64,000 bases of DNA from positions 12,773 through 76,772 of IMG/VR virus record IMGVR_UViG_3300029441_000005. One strand, given 5' to 3'. Both the position numbers and the translations under genes were made by a program. The stretch's first letter is position 1. The number at the start of each line of letters is the position of its first letter. The DNA is from a virus. The notes under the pieces are model-generated. The model saw only the letters and a list, made by a program, of their open reading frames with translations, searched no databases and was not told the origin of the DNA. Positions 18,410-28,601 of the stretch are shown piece by piece.

Positions 18410-19840
18410 TTACCCTTCCACTCTGATTACCTTTAATTTTTCTTTCTGATAATACATTCGTCTATGGTTACCATGTCTCTTTAGATAATTACCCGGGAAT
18501 TGAAGATCGTCAAGATAGGCTTTTTTCTTGTTCATGTGAGTTCGTGCAAGACGTCCCAATATCTGTATGGATTTTTCATTAGAATCCATTGATGCAGTAT
18601 TCTGCAGATATTTTAATTCAGGGAAGTTTTGACCTCTAGAAATAATCGTGGTAGCTATTAGTATATCGATTTTACCTTCTCTAAAAGCTTGTAGAATTTC
18701 ATCACGCCCTTTGGTATTATGATGTACATATTGTATGTTGTATTGATTCCCGAGATGTTTAACATAATACCGGTAAAGATTTTCACAATGACCTATAAAC
18801 TTACATACTATCAAAGCTGGTAATCTCTTTCTACCAATGTTATACTTGGTACGATCAAGGGATAGTTTCCAAGCTTTAACATTATCTGATATCACTTCCT
18901 TGTATTCTGTTGAGTAATCCACATCTTTAGAGTACTTAAAGGGAGCATATACCAACTTGCAAGTAATAGGGGTAGAATACCCTTTCTCTATCATATCACT
19001 TAATTTTATCTGGTTAACCTTATCACCAATAAATGACATGATATTCAGGTTATGTATTAACTTCTTCTTCTGATTACTCATGTAGATGGTACCACTCAAA
19101 CCTACTCGTATTCTAGAGTTATACAGATGTTGTATTACTGTTTTATATGTTTTATTATCTATCACGTCAGCCTCATCTATAAGTACCATATCTATTTCTG
19201 ATAAGAATTTTTGGTACCTACTTATATTTGAGGCAAGAGACTGTACCATGCACACATTAAAGTTACCCCAGTCATTGCACTTACTTCCCTGTATGAATGC
19301 AACCTTTTCACCGGGTAACAGTTCTGGAATCTCTTTTTTGAACTGCTTAAATAAGTCTGCACTGTTCAACAACAATACAGTTTTCAATTTCCTCTTGAAA
19401 GCCTGGTGTAATCCACAGAACACCAAAGTCTTTCCGAAATTAACTGCCAAATCAGATGCACAGATAAGAAAAGGAGTATCTCCAACTCGATTATTTAGAA
19501 TCTTTTCTAGAGCTTCTTTTTGTACTTCCCGTAATTCTTTATCTCCAAGTATTGTTGGAATTACTGGTTTAACTCCTAACTGGGGTCTATTATCTATGAT
19601 TTTAACCTCCTGTCCCGTTTTAAGGCATTCATTGTAAACCCTATTTAGAAGACCTATTTTGAATTGCCCATAATCAGAGATATATTTTACGTAACCATCC
19701 CAGTTCTTTGCCCTGCTATACATCATTATATGCCAAGCGTCCGGATGCTTAATCCGGAACATTTCATACAACTTATTTGTGAACTTAGCAGGGCCAGATA
19801 ATTCACAAACATTGCAATTCTTTATGGTTATAGTTATCAT
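18410..19840 (-). CDS. SF2 DEAD-box-type DNA helicase (UvsW-like)
   Basis: NFGKT (motif I), LIDEADV (motif II), GLSGT (motif III), QILGRLAR (motif VI). Confidence 0.75.
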   Translation of the reverse strand: MITITIKNCNVCELSGPAKFTNKLYEMFRIKHPDAWHIMMYSRAKNWDGYVKYISDYGQFKIGLLNRVYNECLKTGQEVKIIDNRPQLGVKPVIPTILGDKELREVQKEALEKILNNRVGDTPFLICASDLAVNFGKTLVFCGLHQAFKRKLKTVLLLNSADLFKQFKKEIPELLPGEKVAFIQGSKCNDWGNFNVCMVQSLASNISRYQKFLSEIDMVLIDEADVIDNKTYKTVIQHLYNSRIRVGLSGTIYMSNQKKKLIHNLNIMSFIGDKVNQIKLSDMIEKGYSTPITCKLVYAPFKYSKDVDYSTEYKEVISDNVKAWKLSLDRTKYNIGRKRLPALIVCKFIGHCENLYRYYVKHLGNQYNIQYVHHNTKGRDEILQAFREGKIDILIATTIISRGQNFPELKYLQNTASMDSNEKSIQILGRLARTHMNKKKAYLDDLQFPGNYLKRHGNHRRMYYQKEKLKVIRVEG

Positions 19841-19843
19841 ACC

Positions 19844-20680
19844 TTATTTCTTGAAAGCATCCCAATCTACATGTTCCGATTTAGGCCGAGATACTATATT
19901 AAATCTTGCCATATAATTAATAACTCTTTGTCTAGCCTTGTCATTAGATAGATCTTCTATCTTAGGTATACCATTACAGAATTCTAAAGCATAGAACTGA
20001 GCTTGAACAAAGGTTTCATAGTCAACTCCAACTTCATCGGCTAATTTTCTTGCTCTTACAAACCATACATACTCTTGAGGGTTTTTATCGTAAGTATTGT
20101 TAATCCCTATTCTGTCAAGAATCTCTTTAGTATAATATTCATATATTTCTCGGGTATACTGGGGAGCTGAATCTTCTTTTACTTCTCTATCTGCTTCGTA
20201 TACATCCATAATCCAATTAACTCTCTGATGTAACCAATTAGCACAGAAGTTATAGTTAACCCTCTTTGCTTGAGACATGAGCTTAATACCAGTTGTTACA
20301 AACTCAATATATCCTTGACGAGGTTCAAACCCAAACTTTTGACAGAACTCGTTTACAACAGGTACTAATTCTTTTACTGATGCCCATTGTAAATCTGTTT
20401 GCTTTATTTTAGTTACTCCGATGTGTTTGAGTTGGACTCTAGTAGAATAGATGATATCTGCTAATAAGTTTGCATCTCCTATACTTCCTGAAGCTCTACG
20501 AACAGCTTGAGTTTGTACCCTTTTATCATCTCCTACCACTGAACGATGGTCCAAAGAGTATTGCCTGGCTTTAGTGAAGAACTCATCTACGAATTCTTCA
20601 GATACTCTACCCCCCATTTCCTTCCATAATTTACGGAATAAAGTTTTAGAGATATGTATAGAAGGTTCTCGTTGTGCCAT
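19844..20680 (-). CDS. hypothetical protein in the replication module
   Basis: 278-aa ORF between helicase and primase. No motif recognised. Confidence 0.45.
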   Translation of the reverse strand: MAQREPSIHISKTLFRKLWKEMGGRVSEEFVDEFFTKARQYSLDHRSVVGDDKRVQTQAVRRASGSIGDANLLADIIYSTRVQLKHIGVTKIKQTDLQWASVKELVPVVNEFCQKFGFEPRQGYIEFVTTGIKLMSQAKRVNYNFCANWLHQRVNWIMDVYEADREVKEDSAPQYTREIYEYYTKEILDRIGINNTYDKNPQEYVWFVRARKLADEVGVDYETFVQAQFYALEFCNGIPKIEDLSNDKARQRVINYMARFNIVSRPKSEHVDWDAFKK

Positions 20681-21633
20681 TATAATTTTAACTGTGATTT
20701 TATAGTTAAAAGTTCTTGATAAGTCTGATATGTCGTCTCTCGTACATATTCTAAAGTCCTCTGTTTACCCAGTGAATTGACATCCTCATTATCTGGGAGG
20801 AATACTACCTTTACCTTTTTGAAGGGCACCAACTTAAATGCCAGGTCCAATGCCTTATCTTTAGCATCAGGGTCAATCAGTATGATGAACTTCTCTACCG
20901 GACTCTTGATGAACTTGTTTACTTGATATCTGCTGACTGCCTTACCTCCGGTTGCAATCCCATTCTCTCCCAAAGTTTCAGCATTGATTGCACCCTCACA
21001 AATATAAATGGTTCGGTATATTTCTAGAGCATCTGCATTATATATAATAAAACTCTTTCCCAAACCAGTTACATCTACTTCTGGATTGTTATATTTGGGG
21101 CCAGCGCCCATATATAATCGGGCATTGAAGTAAGTTAATTGCCCATGCTCTGTAAAAGGAATAATGATATATCCAAGATACTTACCTGTATTACAATATC
21201 CCCATCCTTTACGAGCTAACTCCTCTATCTTAAATCCTCGTTTCTTAAGATAATTCCTGGCAGACCTTGCCAATAGAGAAGTACCCATGGATATATTCTT
21301 AAAGCCATCAGGAAGGAAGAACTCTTTCTTACCCTTTAACTCAACCTTCTCTTCTTTGAATACATATCCAGAATAATCTCCCGATTCGAGTATAGATAAT
21401 ACTTCTTGAAAACTATCAGTACTCTCTAGATACATTACCAGACTTAAGGGAGATGGATGCTCACCACACTTAAAACAATTACATCGATTGTTTGAAAGAT
21501 TAATGCCAAACTTCTTTTCTCCTCCACAGTAGGGACAGTCTGACTTCATCCATGAATTGCGGTAGTCGAAGGCTCCGATCTTCTTAATGAAGTACTGGTG
21601 CATCTTACCTTTTATATTGCTGTTAAGTCTCAT
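20680..21633 (-). CDS. DNA primase (CHC2 zinc finger + TOPRIM)
   Basis: CPYCGGEKKFGINLSNNRCNCFKCG. TOPRIM YICEGAINAETL ... ILIDPDAKD. Confidence 0.8.
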   Translation of the reverse strand: MRLNSNIKGKMHQYFIKKIGAFDYRNSWMKSDCPYCGGEKKFGINLSNNRCNCFKCGEHPSPLSLVMYLESTDSFQEVLSILESGDYSGYVFKEEKVELKGKKEFFLPDGFKNISMGTSLLARSARNYLKKRGFKIEELARKGWGYCNTGKYLGYIIIPFTEHGQLTYFNARLYMGAGPKYNNPEVDVTGLGKSFIIYNADALEIYRTIYICEGAINAETLGENGIATGGKAVSRYQVNKFIKSPVEKFIILIDPDAKDKALDLAFKLVPFKKVKVVFLPDNEDVNSLGKQRTLEYVRETTYQTYQELLTIKSQLKL

Positions 21634-21680
21634 ATCGTAAACGAAAATACCCGACCATGAATAACATAGCCGGGTAATTA

Positions 21681-22037
21681 TTACTTATTAACTGGTAACT
21701 TCTGACATAATTCAGGAACTAGATGATGGATTATATATCCTCTACGAATCTTCACTAATTCTACTTTGGCTTCTTCTAACCTTAGGAAAGAATTCTTATA
21801 AGGTACCTCATACCTATCTATATCTTTATACCCCATAGTCCTATGGTTAGGAGTAACCTTATTCCAATTTATAGAGGCCTTTTCTGAAGAGATTGGTACC
21901 CACTCACGGAAGAATACTCCTAAACTATACCTCTCTTCAATTGGACATACAACTTGATATCTGTTACCTGGTTGCCTTCTTAAACATATCTCTTTGGAAG
22001 CTCTCCTACGAAATATCTTCAATAATCTTACATTCAT
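21681..22037 (-). CDS. hypothetical protein
   Basis: 118-aa ORF, tightly packed. Confidence 0.4.
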   Translation of the reverse strand: MNVRLLKIFRRRASKEICLRRQPGNRYQVVCPIEERYSLGVFFREWVPISSEKASINWNKVTPNHRTMGYKDIDRYEVPYKNSFLRLEEAKVELVKIRRGYIIHHLVPELCQKLPVNK

Positions 22038-22039
22038 AA

Positions 22040-22249
22040 CTACATGTGTTCAGTAGCTTGGAATACGCCAATATGAATATTATAATGACAGTTAGGGCAA
22101 GTGATGCACTCTTCTCCATTATGATCTGGACCATAACTTAAATCCAAGAATACTTCCTTCTCATTGAAAGCTACCTTGGAATTACAATTTTTACAAACTG
22201 TAGTCCTCTCCTGAATTTTAAGAGGCTCTGTAGTAATAACTCGTGCCAT
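22040..22249 (-). CDS. small zinc-ribbon protein
   Basis: CKNC ... CPNC pairs. Confidence 0.45.
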   Translation of the reverse strand: MARVITTEPLKIQERTTVCKNCNSKVAFNEKEVFLDLSYGPDHNGEECITCPNCHYNIHIGVFQATEHM

Positions 22250-22274
22250 ACAATTTTAATTATTTAAGGTTTAA

Positions 22275-23741
22275 CTAAATATCACCTGAGGTTTTACTTC
22301 TCTTTTCTGGGTCTGCGTTGGGATTACTTACCCTTTTCTTTTTCTTAAGTAAATCATCTACCTGTTTACCCATGGACTCATCATATTTTGCTCTGGCCTC
22401 TTTAGAGAACTCCTTCATACGTTGTCTTTCTGGGTCCATATTAAACATTACTCTACCAGATGGAACTCCATCACGTTGAACTACAACTTCCATTCTCATG
22501 ATGTTATGTTCTTCTTCGTCCTGAGTAGAATTTAATCCCATGACGCATTTTGCATTTCTTATTATAGAAATAGCTGATGCTATATCATTATCCTCGTATC
22601 GGGTTTCTTGATGCTTAGCACCTTCTCTAGTAACATGTTGGGCAGTCCAAATAGCATCTAGTCCCAACTCATCTCCCATATTATCTATATCTATATATAC
22701 ATTGTTGATACGTTCTACATCGTCCCTATCTCGAGCAATAGAAGCCAACTTTGCAGCATAGTCAATCATGATAACATTGACCTTAATACCCTTCTCTGTT
22801 TCTAATTTCCTAACTAGATTAGTGATGGTATTACAATCTGCAATGGTTGCAGGTACACGCTCCACAATAAACTCTACACCAAGACGTTTATATTTACGCA
22901 TGTGCCTTTGCTCCATCTTATCATAATCACCAGTTAACATCTCCCTCTTGGTCTTATTGAGAGTAGACTGTATCATACGATCCATTAACTGGTTCTTACC
23001 ATTTTCAGTATCTATGTATAGAACATTCTTCTTCATTGCCAGATATCCCCGGGCAATATTGATAAGTGCAAATGTCTTTCTCCGTTTAGGGCGATCAATC
23101 AAAACGAAAAGAGAATTCTTGGGATATCCATCTCCATTACCCAACCTATTCAACTGCCAAAATGGAGTAGGAACTACATCTGGGTCAACCTTTCTCATGA
23201 GTTGTCTCATTGCAGTTCCACTAACCATAAGCAAAGGCTCGTCTTTCTTTTGTGGTTTTGAATTTTGTAATATTTTGGTTAACTTAACCTGATAAGTTTC
23301 ATAGGAATTGTAATCCGAAAAATCCATACCTTCATTCAAAGCTTTCAACTCAATGTAGGCAATGAATTTATGTATATTTTCCAGGACAATATCTACATCT
23401 TTTAGGGGTTTATTGTAAAGCTCAGATATTAAACTATGAATATTAGGAATATCATCTTTAGTAACCAAATCAACATAATCCTTACCTTCTAGCAAGGTTT
23501 TAACTTGCTCTACCATTAAAACCTCACTTGGTATTCGTTGGTATTTCTTTACGAATTTTACCAAGGCTTCTACTACTATCGAGTGTTCAATTAAAGTAAA
23601 GTACCCAGGTTTTATCTTTGGAATATATAGAAGAGCTTCCTTCCCTTGTACCAAGAACCTAAGTACTTCTAGTTGAAACTCTATAGAGAACGTAAACTTA
23701 TCACAGGAGTTTAACCTCTTCTTTACCTTATTTGGTTTCAT
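22275..23741 (-). CDS. DnaB/gp41-like replicative helicase
   Basis: LIDRPKRRKTFALINIARG (degenerate Walker A), VIMIDYAAKL (Walker B), TAQHVTREG. Confidence 0.7.
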   Translation of the reverse strand: MKPNKVKKRLNSCDKFTFSIEFQLEVLRFLVQGKEALLYIPKIKPGYFTLIEHSIVVEALVKFVKKYQRIPSEVLMVEQVKTLLEGKDYVDLVTKDDIPNIHSLISELYNKPLKDVDIVLENIHKFIAYIELKALNEGMDFSDYNSYETYQVKLTKILQNSKPQKKDEPLLMVSGTAMRQLMRKVDPDVVPTPFWQLNRLGNGDGYPKNSLFVLIDRPKRRKTFALINIARGYLAMKKNVLYIDTENGKNQLMDRMIQSTLNKTKREMLTGDYDKMEQRHMRKYKRLGVEFIVERVPATIADCNTITNLVRKLETEKGIKVNVIMIDYAAKLASIARDRDDVERINNVYIDIDNMGDELGLDAIWTAQHVTREGAKHQETRYEDNDIASAISIIRNAKCVMGLNSTQDEEEHNIMRMEVVVQRDGVPSGRVMFNMDPERQRMKEFSKEARAKYDESMGKQVDDLLKKKKRVSNPNADPEKRSKTSGDI

Positions 23742-23880
23742 ATATTATATAATATTCATGAGTGTATAATCAATAGTATCTGCTAGATAATATAGTTCTC
23801 CAAGCTCATTCTCGAACATACTTGAACACTAACGGTGAAATATTTTGATAAAAATTCATACAAGTTGTTACTTTATTATT

Positions 23881-23888
23881 TATATTTG
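23881..23888 (+). promoter_or_regulatory. -7 box TATATTTG upstream of the plus-strand sigma-like gene
   Basis: Exact TAnnTTTG 23 nt before ATG 23912. No well-spaced -33 TTTG. Confidence 0.4.
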
Positions 23889-23911
23889 CATTGTTAAATA
23901 TATTTACTACT

Positions 23912-24559
23912 ATGAAAGGCAATAACGGGAGTGAACTACATCGTTTGACAGAATTAAAACCCTATGATGAGGACTTGTTTAATAGGTTATACAAAACCTG
24001 CAAACCTTTAATCCGTAGACTGGTAAGAGGGGTTGATTCTAGAAGATTCAATCTTACGCCAGATATAATTAACTCTTTCTTCTGGGATAAGTTCTTGTAT
24101 GTATTTAATAAATATCAAGACGAATACGATGAAGAAAGGTTGAAAGCAACTCTCTTATCTTCCCTGCAAACTTATAAAAGTAAGTTGTTAAGAAATGCTT
24201 ATACTAAGCAGGCAGAATTCAATCAAGAGTTAACATCATTCGAGGTATTATTTGACAATAATAAAGAATTACTCGATGACTCGGATGAAACTCGGATTAA
24301 GGAAGAGCAATCCCAAATATTTCATCAATACATGAAGGAACACCTTACTCCGGATGAATACTTGGTTATGCAGATACAACTTGAACCTCCCAAGTGGTTT
24401 GAATCTCGTATCAAAGATTCTCACGGTAAGTTATCTATCCTTCACCTGATAGATTACTTTGAGTTGCCTAGAGATAAGTTTGCAGTTAATATGTTCTCCA
24501 GAATGAGAAAGACCATACAGAAAACTTTAGAACAAGCTGCAGTAGATCTTAAACAATGA
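23912..24559 (+). CDS. putative phage sigma factor (ECF-like region 2 + region 4); start taken at ATG 23912 rather than TTG 23891
   Basis: DEDLFNRLYKTCKPLIRRLV ... TPDIINSFFWDKFLYVFNKY resembles sigma region 2. LTPDEYLVMQIQL resembles region 4. Confidence 0.45.
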   Translation: MKGNNGSELHRLTELKPYDEDLFNRLYKTCKPLIRRLVRGVDSRRFNLTPDIINSFFWDKFLYVFNKYQDEYDEERLKATLLSSLQTYKSKLLRNAYTKQAEFNQELTSFEVLFDNNKELLDDSDETRIKEEQSQIFHQYMKEHLTPDEYLVMQIQLEPPKWFESRIKDSHGKLSILHLIDYFELPRDKFAVNMFSRMRKTIQKTLEQAAVDLKQ

Positions 24560-24563
24560 AAAA

Positions 24564-24599
24564 GGCCAGAGCAAGGTTATTGATAACCTCACTCCGGCC
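24564..24599. terminator. imperfect GC-clamped hairpin between convergent genes
   Basis: GGCCAGAGC-AGGTTA-TTGA-TAACCT-CACTCCGGCC. Confidence 0.35.
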
Positions 24600-24628
24600 C
24601 CACTTAACCAACTCAACTATGGTTCAGT

Positions 24629-26437
24629 TTAGAAAGGATATGAGGGACGATTGATACAATTAGTGAATAACTCCAACATATCTTCTGGAGCAGTAAAGGT
24701 CGTAACAGTTCTAATAGAAAAAATAGTTATACTAGTTTCACTTGAAGCCTTGTGTTGTATATACGGGCTTAACTTAAGCTTAGGATAAACTCCACTAGTG
24801 CCAGTGGTTTGAGCAAATATCTGGTACTTAAAAGTATTAACATTACCACTCGAAGGCCAGGTTTCACCTCTTACCAAGAGTAGGTTACTCATCATTCCTA
24901 AGTTCTTAACTATCCTTTTGACTATATTGGAAGCTAATTTAGCCTCTACACCAGAATCGACTAACCAAGTTTCTAAATCTATATCGATATCTTCTGAATT
25001 ACCTGCGAGATTCTTAAGGTTAAGAGAAGTTACCAGAGTTATAGAAAATGATGATACTATAATCTTACCACTTATGGAATGTAATTGGGACCCTGAACCT
25101 AAGTACTTCTCCAAAAGAGATCTACTATAAACCCGGTCAAAGTTATCGAATACCGAACATACAGCAGTACCAAATCTTGTAAGCCCATCCACTTTGGTGG
25201 TATTAACCAAACTAATAGCATGACCAGGTAATATCTTCTCCCCGTTGCCCCGTACAGACACTATCTCAAAGAAAGCCATAGGATAGGCCTGACTTGGTAA
25301 ACTACTCAGATCCAGAGTACCGTCCCATACTTGATCTTTACTGATAGGTATATTTAGAGCTGCATTAGCCAAACCCCAATTTTCGGGATTAAGAGTGGAT
25401 TGATTTATATATGGCCTGGTTGAATAAATTACTAGCCCTCCACCAGCTTCATACCACTGATAGTTTATCCTTTTTGTTACTGGACTAGAACTTGTAGCTA
25501 ATACACAACCACTGATTATCAGTTTAGTAAATACGAATTCGTCTTCTTCACCAAAACTGTTTATGGTGTATTCGGCTTCTACTCCAAAGCCCCAACTACG
25601 CATTTGATTACTTACTCGTCTAGCTAAGTCCCCTACTTCGATTGGTACAGTACTCTGTTCTAATACCCTTACCCTATTATCCAGTCTCATCAAAGAAAAA
25701 GGATTCATTCCAAGGGGTTTAGCAGGTAATATACCCTGATATGGGTTGATACAGAGTTGATATCCAATAGATTGCATTAATTCCTTCCAACCGGGCAAAA
25801 AAGTATTCCAGGAGGGTATCCAACCTATCATGTATACCCCTAATAATGTATCAGTATTAGAATTAATAGATACACTACTTTTTTTGGTTACCCAGTCCAA
25901 TATTTGAGGGTAGTTCATATCGACTATCTTGTCGATATAATACTCTGGTTCTACATGGGCATTTGTTAACCACGCTACTTTGAAATTAGATAGGCTCGGG
26001 ACTGGTTCATCCTTATTAGCACTATACCTATGAGTAGCTATTAAAGCAAATGTTACCATTTTAGATGGGTTAGACATATCTGGCCAACCTCCAGGAGGGT
26101 TTTGACCAGTGAGAGTCAGTATATCTGGTGCTATTGAAAGAAGCCCATCGGGAGTAATAAAGGCATTGAACACCTGACCAGCCGTATTATCTTTATTAGA
26201 AAGAAATACTCTTCTTGCACCCCTTTTCATATCCTCACGATCGGATGAGAATATACTACCTATAGTCAGGGTATTTTTAGTAGTATCAACCCAGTCGAAT
26301 CCACATACGGGACCAGTTCCATTGGCTATGGCTATGGGTTCCATCACCTCTTTGGACTCTATAAGATCTCCGTATACCTGATAAAGTCTCGGTTGTACTA
26401 CTCCATTAACAACCTGAGTTTCGTTATTCTGTGCCAT
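24629..26437 (-). CDS. large virion protein, possible tail fibre / receptor-binding protein (start moved to MAQNNETQ)
   Basis: 602-aa ORF at the distal end of the baseplate/lysis operon. No motif recognised. Confidence 0.35.
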   Translation of the reverse strand: MAQNNETQVVNGVVQPRLYQVYGDLIESKEVMEPIAIANGTGPVCGFDWVDTTKNTLTIGSIFSSDREDMKRGARRVFLSNKDNTAGQVFNAFITPDGLLSIAPDILTLTGQNPPGGWPDMSNPSKMVTFALIATHRYSANKDEPVPSLSNFKVAWLTNAHVEPEYYIDKIVDMNYPQILDWVTKKSSVSINSNTDTLLGVYMIGWIPSWNTFLPGWKELMQSIGYQLCINPYQGILPAKPLGMNPFSLMRLDNRVRVLEQSTVPIEVGDLARRVSNQMRSWGFGVEAEYTINSFGEEDEFVFTKLIISGCVLATSSSPVTKRINYQWYEAGGGLVIYSTRPYINQSTLNPENWGLANAALNIPISKDQVWDGTLDLSSLPSQAYPMAFFEIVSVRGNGEKILPGHAISLVNTTKVDGLTRFGTAVCSVFDNFDRVYSRSLLEKYLGSGSQLHSISGKIIVSSFSITLVTSLNLKNLAGNSEDIDIDLETWLVDSGVEAKLASNIVKRIVKNLGMMSNLLLVRGETWPSSGNVNTFKYQIFAQTTGTSGVYPKLKLSPYIQHKASSETSITIFSIRTVTTFTAPEDMLELFTNCINRPSYPF

Positions 26438-26439
26438 GA

Positions 26440-27066
26440 TTATAATTTTAACCAATCGAGATTATCATCGATAAAAATTAAAGCTTTAGTTAATGACTCC
26501 ACCAGTCTCTGGTTCACTGAATCGTCCCCTAATAACTCCACATCGTCGGGATTATCCTGGAATAACCACTCAAGAAGTACTCCCCAGTAATTATTACCCA
26601 TCAGTACAGTGAAGTTAGCTTCCTTATCTGGGTCACTATCCGAGAAATCGGTTCGGTGTTTATATCCGTCGGTAGTAGGGAAGTCCTTCTGAAGTTGTTC
26701 GAATATTACCGTGGCAAATAAATCCGAACGGGTTTGTCCTTTGGTGGTATATATTTCAAATCCCCGGGCAGTGCACCATTCATTTCCCATGCCTGCGGCA
26801 TTGTTATGAAGTGAGAGCAGAAATTTAGTTCCCCCTCGAGGAGTATCTAAATTATTTGCAATCTCTTTTCTTCTAGACAACCCGATTTCGGTGTCTTTGG
26901 TATTGGTGAATGCTACTTCAAAACCCTCATGTTTGAGACTTTCAGCTAACATTTTACCTACTTTCCTACTCCACAGGTATTCCTTGTGTCTACCGTCTGG
27001 AGATTGTTTCCCGGCCACATCTGACCCATGAGCAAAGTCAATGATGGGCAATAATCTTCGTGCCAT
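26440..27066 (-). CDS. N-acetylmuramoyl-L-alanine amidase (Amidase_3-type endolysin)
   Basis: IIDFAHGSDVAGK ... LSRRKEIANN ... FLLSLHNNAAG ... GFEIYT. Confidence 0.75.
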   Translation of the reverse strand: MARRLLPIIDFAHGSDVAGKQSPDGRHKEYLWSRKVGKMLAESLKHEGFEVAFTNTKDTEIGLSRRKEIANNLDTPRGGTKFLLSLHNNAAGMGNEWCTARGFEIYTTKGQTRSDLFATVIFEQLQKDFPTTDGYKHRTDFSDSDPDKEANFTVLMGNNYWGVLLEWLFQDNPDDVELLGDDSVNQRLVESLTKALIFIDDNLDWLKL

Positions 27067-27067
27067 G

Positions 27068-27718
27068 TTATAGTTTTTTAAGATACATTAACTTTAATCC
27101 ATTTAGATACATACCCACTGATTGGTCCATATTGGATATTGTGAATTGGTCCTTCGGTATATATATCTGTTCTATTACCATATCTTTAATTGCCTCGTTA
27201 TCTTGAGGCTCAAAGATATTTACCAGAGATTTTCCATTACAGGTGAAGTTTGATAGTAATCCACATAGTTCGGAATACTCATTATTCACCAAGCTCTCTA
27301 CCTTCTTTACAGTTGACTCTTTGTTGTCTATATGATTCTCAAATCTGATTCGCAGTATCGCATACTTCAGGATGTGCCCCAAGCAATTGAATTCCCTACG
27401 TATCAGTATCTGAGCTTCAGTTATACCTATGGTAGAGTCAGCAGCTCCATCAAAGAATTCCTTTACCTGTTGTGATGATTCTGATACCACGGTTACCTTT
27501 TTATTTAGGTTCCAGATGGTATATATAAACATTACTACCATCACTAAAACCATTACCATGAATATACCGAATATCACTTTGAGTGCCCCATAATTAGAGG
27601 CAGCTTCAGCCAGTTCAATCGAAGATTTAGTTAGAGATTGAACTACATGGTCAAGTTTGGGGTCTTCTTGAGCAAAAGAAGATAGTAGAGTTATTAGAGG
27701 GAGGTTAAGCATATACAA
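27068..27718 (-). CDS. membrane protein next to the endolysin (holin/lysis-accessory candidate)
   Basis: Single strong TM segment ALKVIFGIFMVMVLVMVVMFIYTIW. Confidence 0.35.
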   Translation of the reverse strand: MYMLNLPLITLLSSFAQEDPKLDHVVQSLTKSSIELAEAASNYGALKVIFGIFMVMVLVMVVMFIYTIWNLNKKVTVVSESSQQVKEFFDGAADSTIGITEAQILIRREFNCLGHILKYAILRIRFENHIDNKESTVKKVESLVNNEYSELCGLLSNFTCNGKSLVNIFEPQDNEAIKDMVIEQIYIPKDQFTISNMDQSVGMYLNGLKLMYLKKL

Positions 27719-28601
27719 TATAGATTACGGCAGTAGTTTGTTCAAATACAACAGAACTGTCCTCGGGTTCAAAATATTTTACATTTACGGGTAGGTACTT
27801 GTTGACAATATTTACCAGAGTCTCTCTTACCTTATCACTATAGTCGGATGGATGTTCTGATTGTATTTGTTCCCTTTCAGCCTTTATCTCTTCTTCGGTT
27901 GCATCGGGATTCATCAGCTTCCACTCTTCCAATAGTTGTTCTTGAATCTCATGGTCTTTCATTACCATAAAGTCCCACTGACCCTTTGGTATACCAATAG
28001 TGAGAATCATTGGGACACATTCCCAACAATCTGTCCCGGTATCATAAGTAACTGAAGAAGTATCGAAGTGAGAGATAGTATCATAGTTTACAGAACCATC
28101 ACCTATAGCTTGAGCTATTGAGGCTTTGGTACTTTCATCTACTTCAGTTAGAGTAAATGTCACTCCGTAAAAACGGCCTAATATTTCATAAAACCGTCGA
28201 GTACCTCTTATCTTGTACAAAGATATGGCGTATCTTAGAACTAACCGGTAATCAGCAGTGGGAAAACCCCTGTCCTCTTTTACCCAATTCTCTAGATTCT
28301 TCTCTGTATAAGGTTCTCCCTTAGTTAATACGCCATAGGCATACGGTATGAACCCAAAGTATTCCCATAGATAGTTCAGGAATATAGGATTAGCTTTATC
28401 CACATCCAAACATTTCATGAAATTATCTATATCGGGCATTACCTCAGTATCGAAATAACCCGAACATACATCTATGAACCTTTCGAATATACCTTTGCCT
28501 TCTGAATCCTGGTAGGTATCATTGGATTTATAGTAATGGTCGAAAAGGTTACTGAAGATGTAATCCCTGAAGAATGTCTTCGCTGGATTAAACCACTTCA
28601 T
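27705..28601 (-). CDS. P2 gpI-like baseplate/tail protein
   Basis: Directly follows the J-like gene. FERFIDV ... NPIFLNYLWEYFG resembles the Tail_P2_I pattern. Confidence 0.45.
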   Translation of the reverse strand: MKWFNPAKTFFRDYIFSNLFDHYYKSNDTYQDSEGKGIFERFIDVCSGYFDTEVMPDIDNFMKCLDVDKANPIFLNYLWEYFGFIPYAYGVLTKGEPYTEKNLENWVKEDRGFPTADYRLVLRYAISLYKIRGTRRFYEILGRFYGVTFTLTEVDESTKASIAQAIGDGSVNYDTISHFDTSSVTYDTGTDCWECVPMILTIGIPKGQWDFMVMKDHEIQEQLLEEWKLMNPDATEEEIKAEREQIQSEHPSDYSDKVRETLVNIVNKYLPVNVKYFEPEDSSVVFEQTTAVIYIVYA

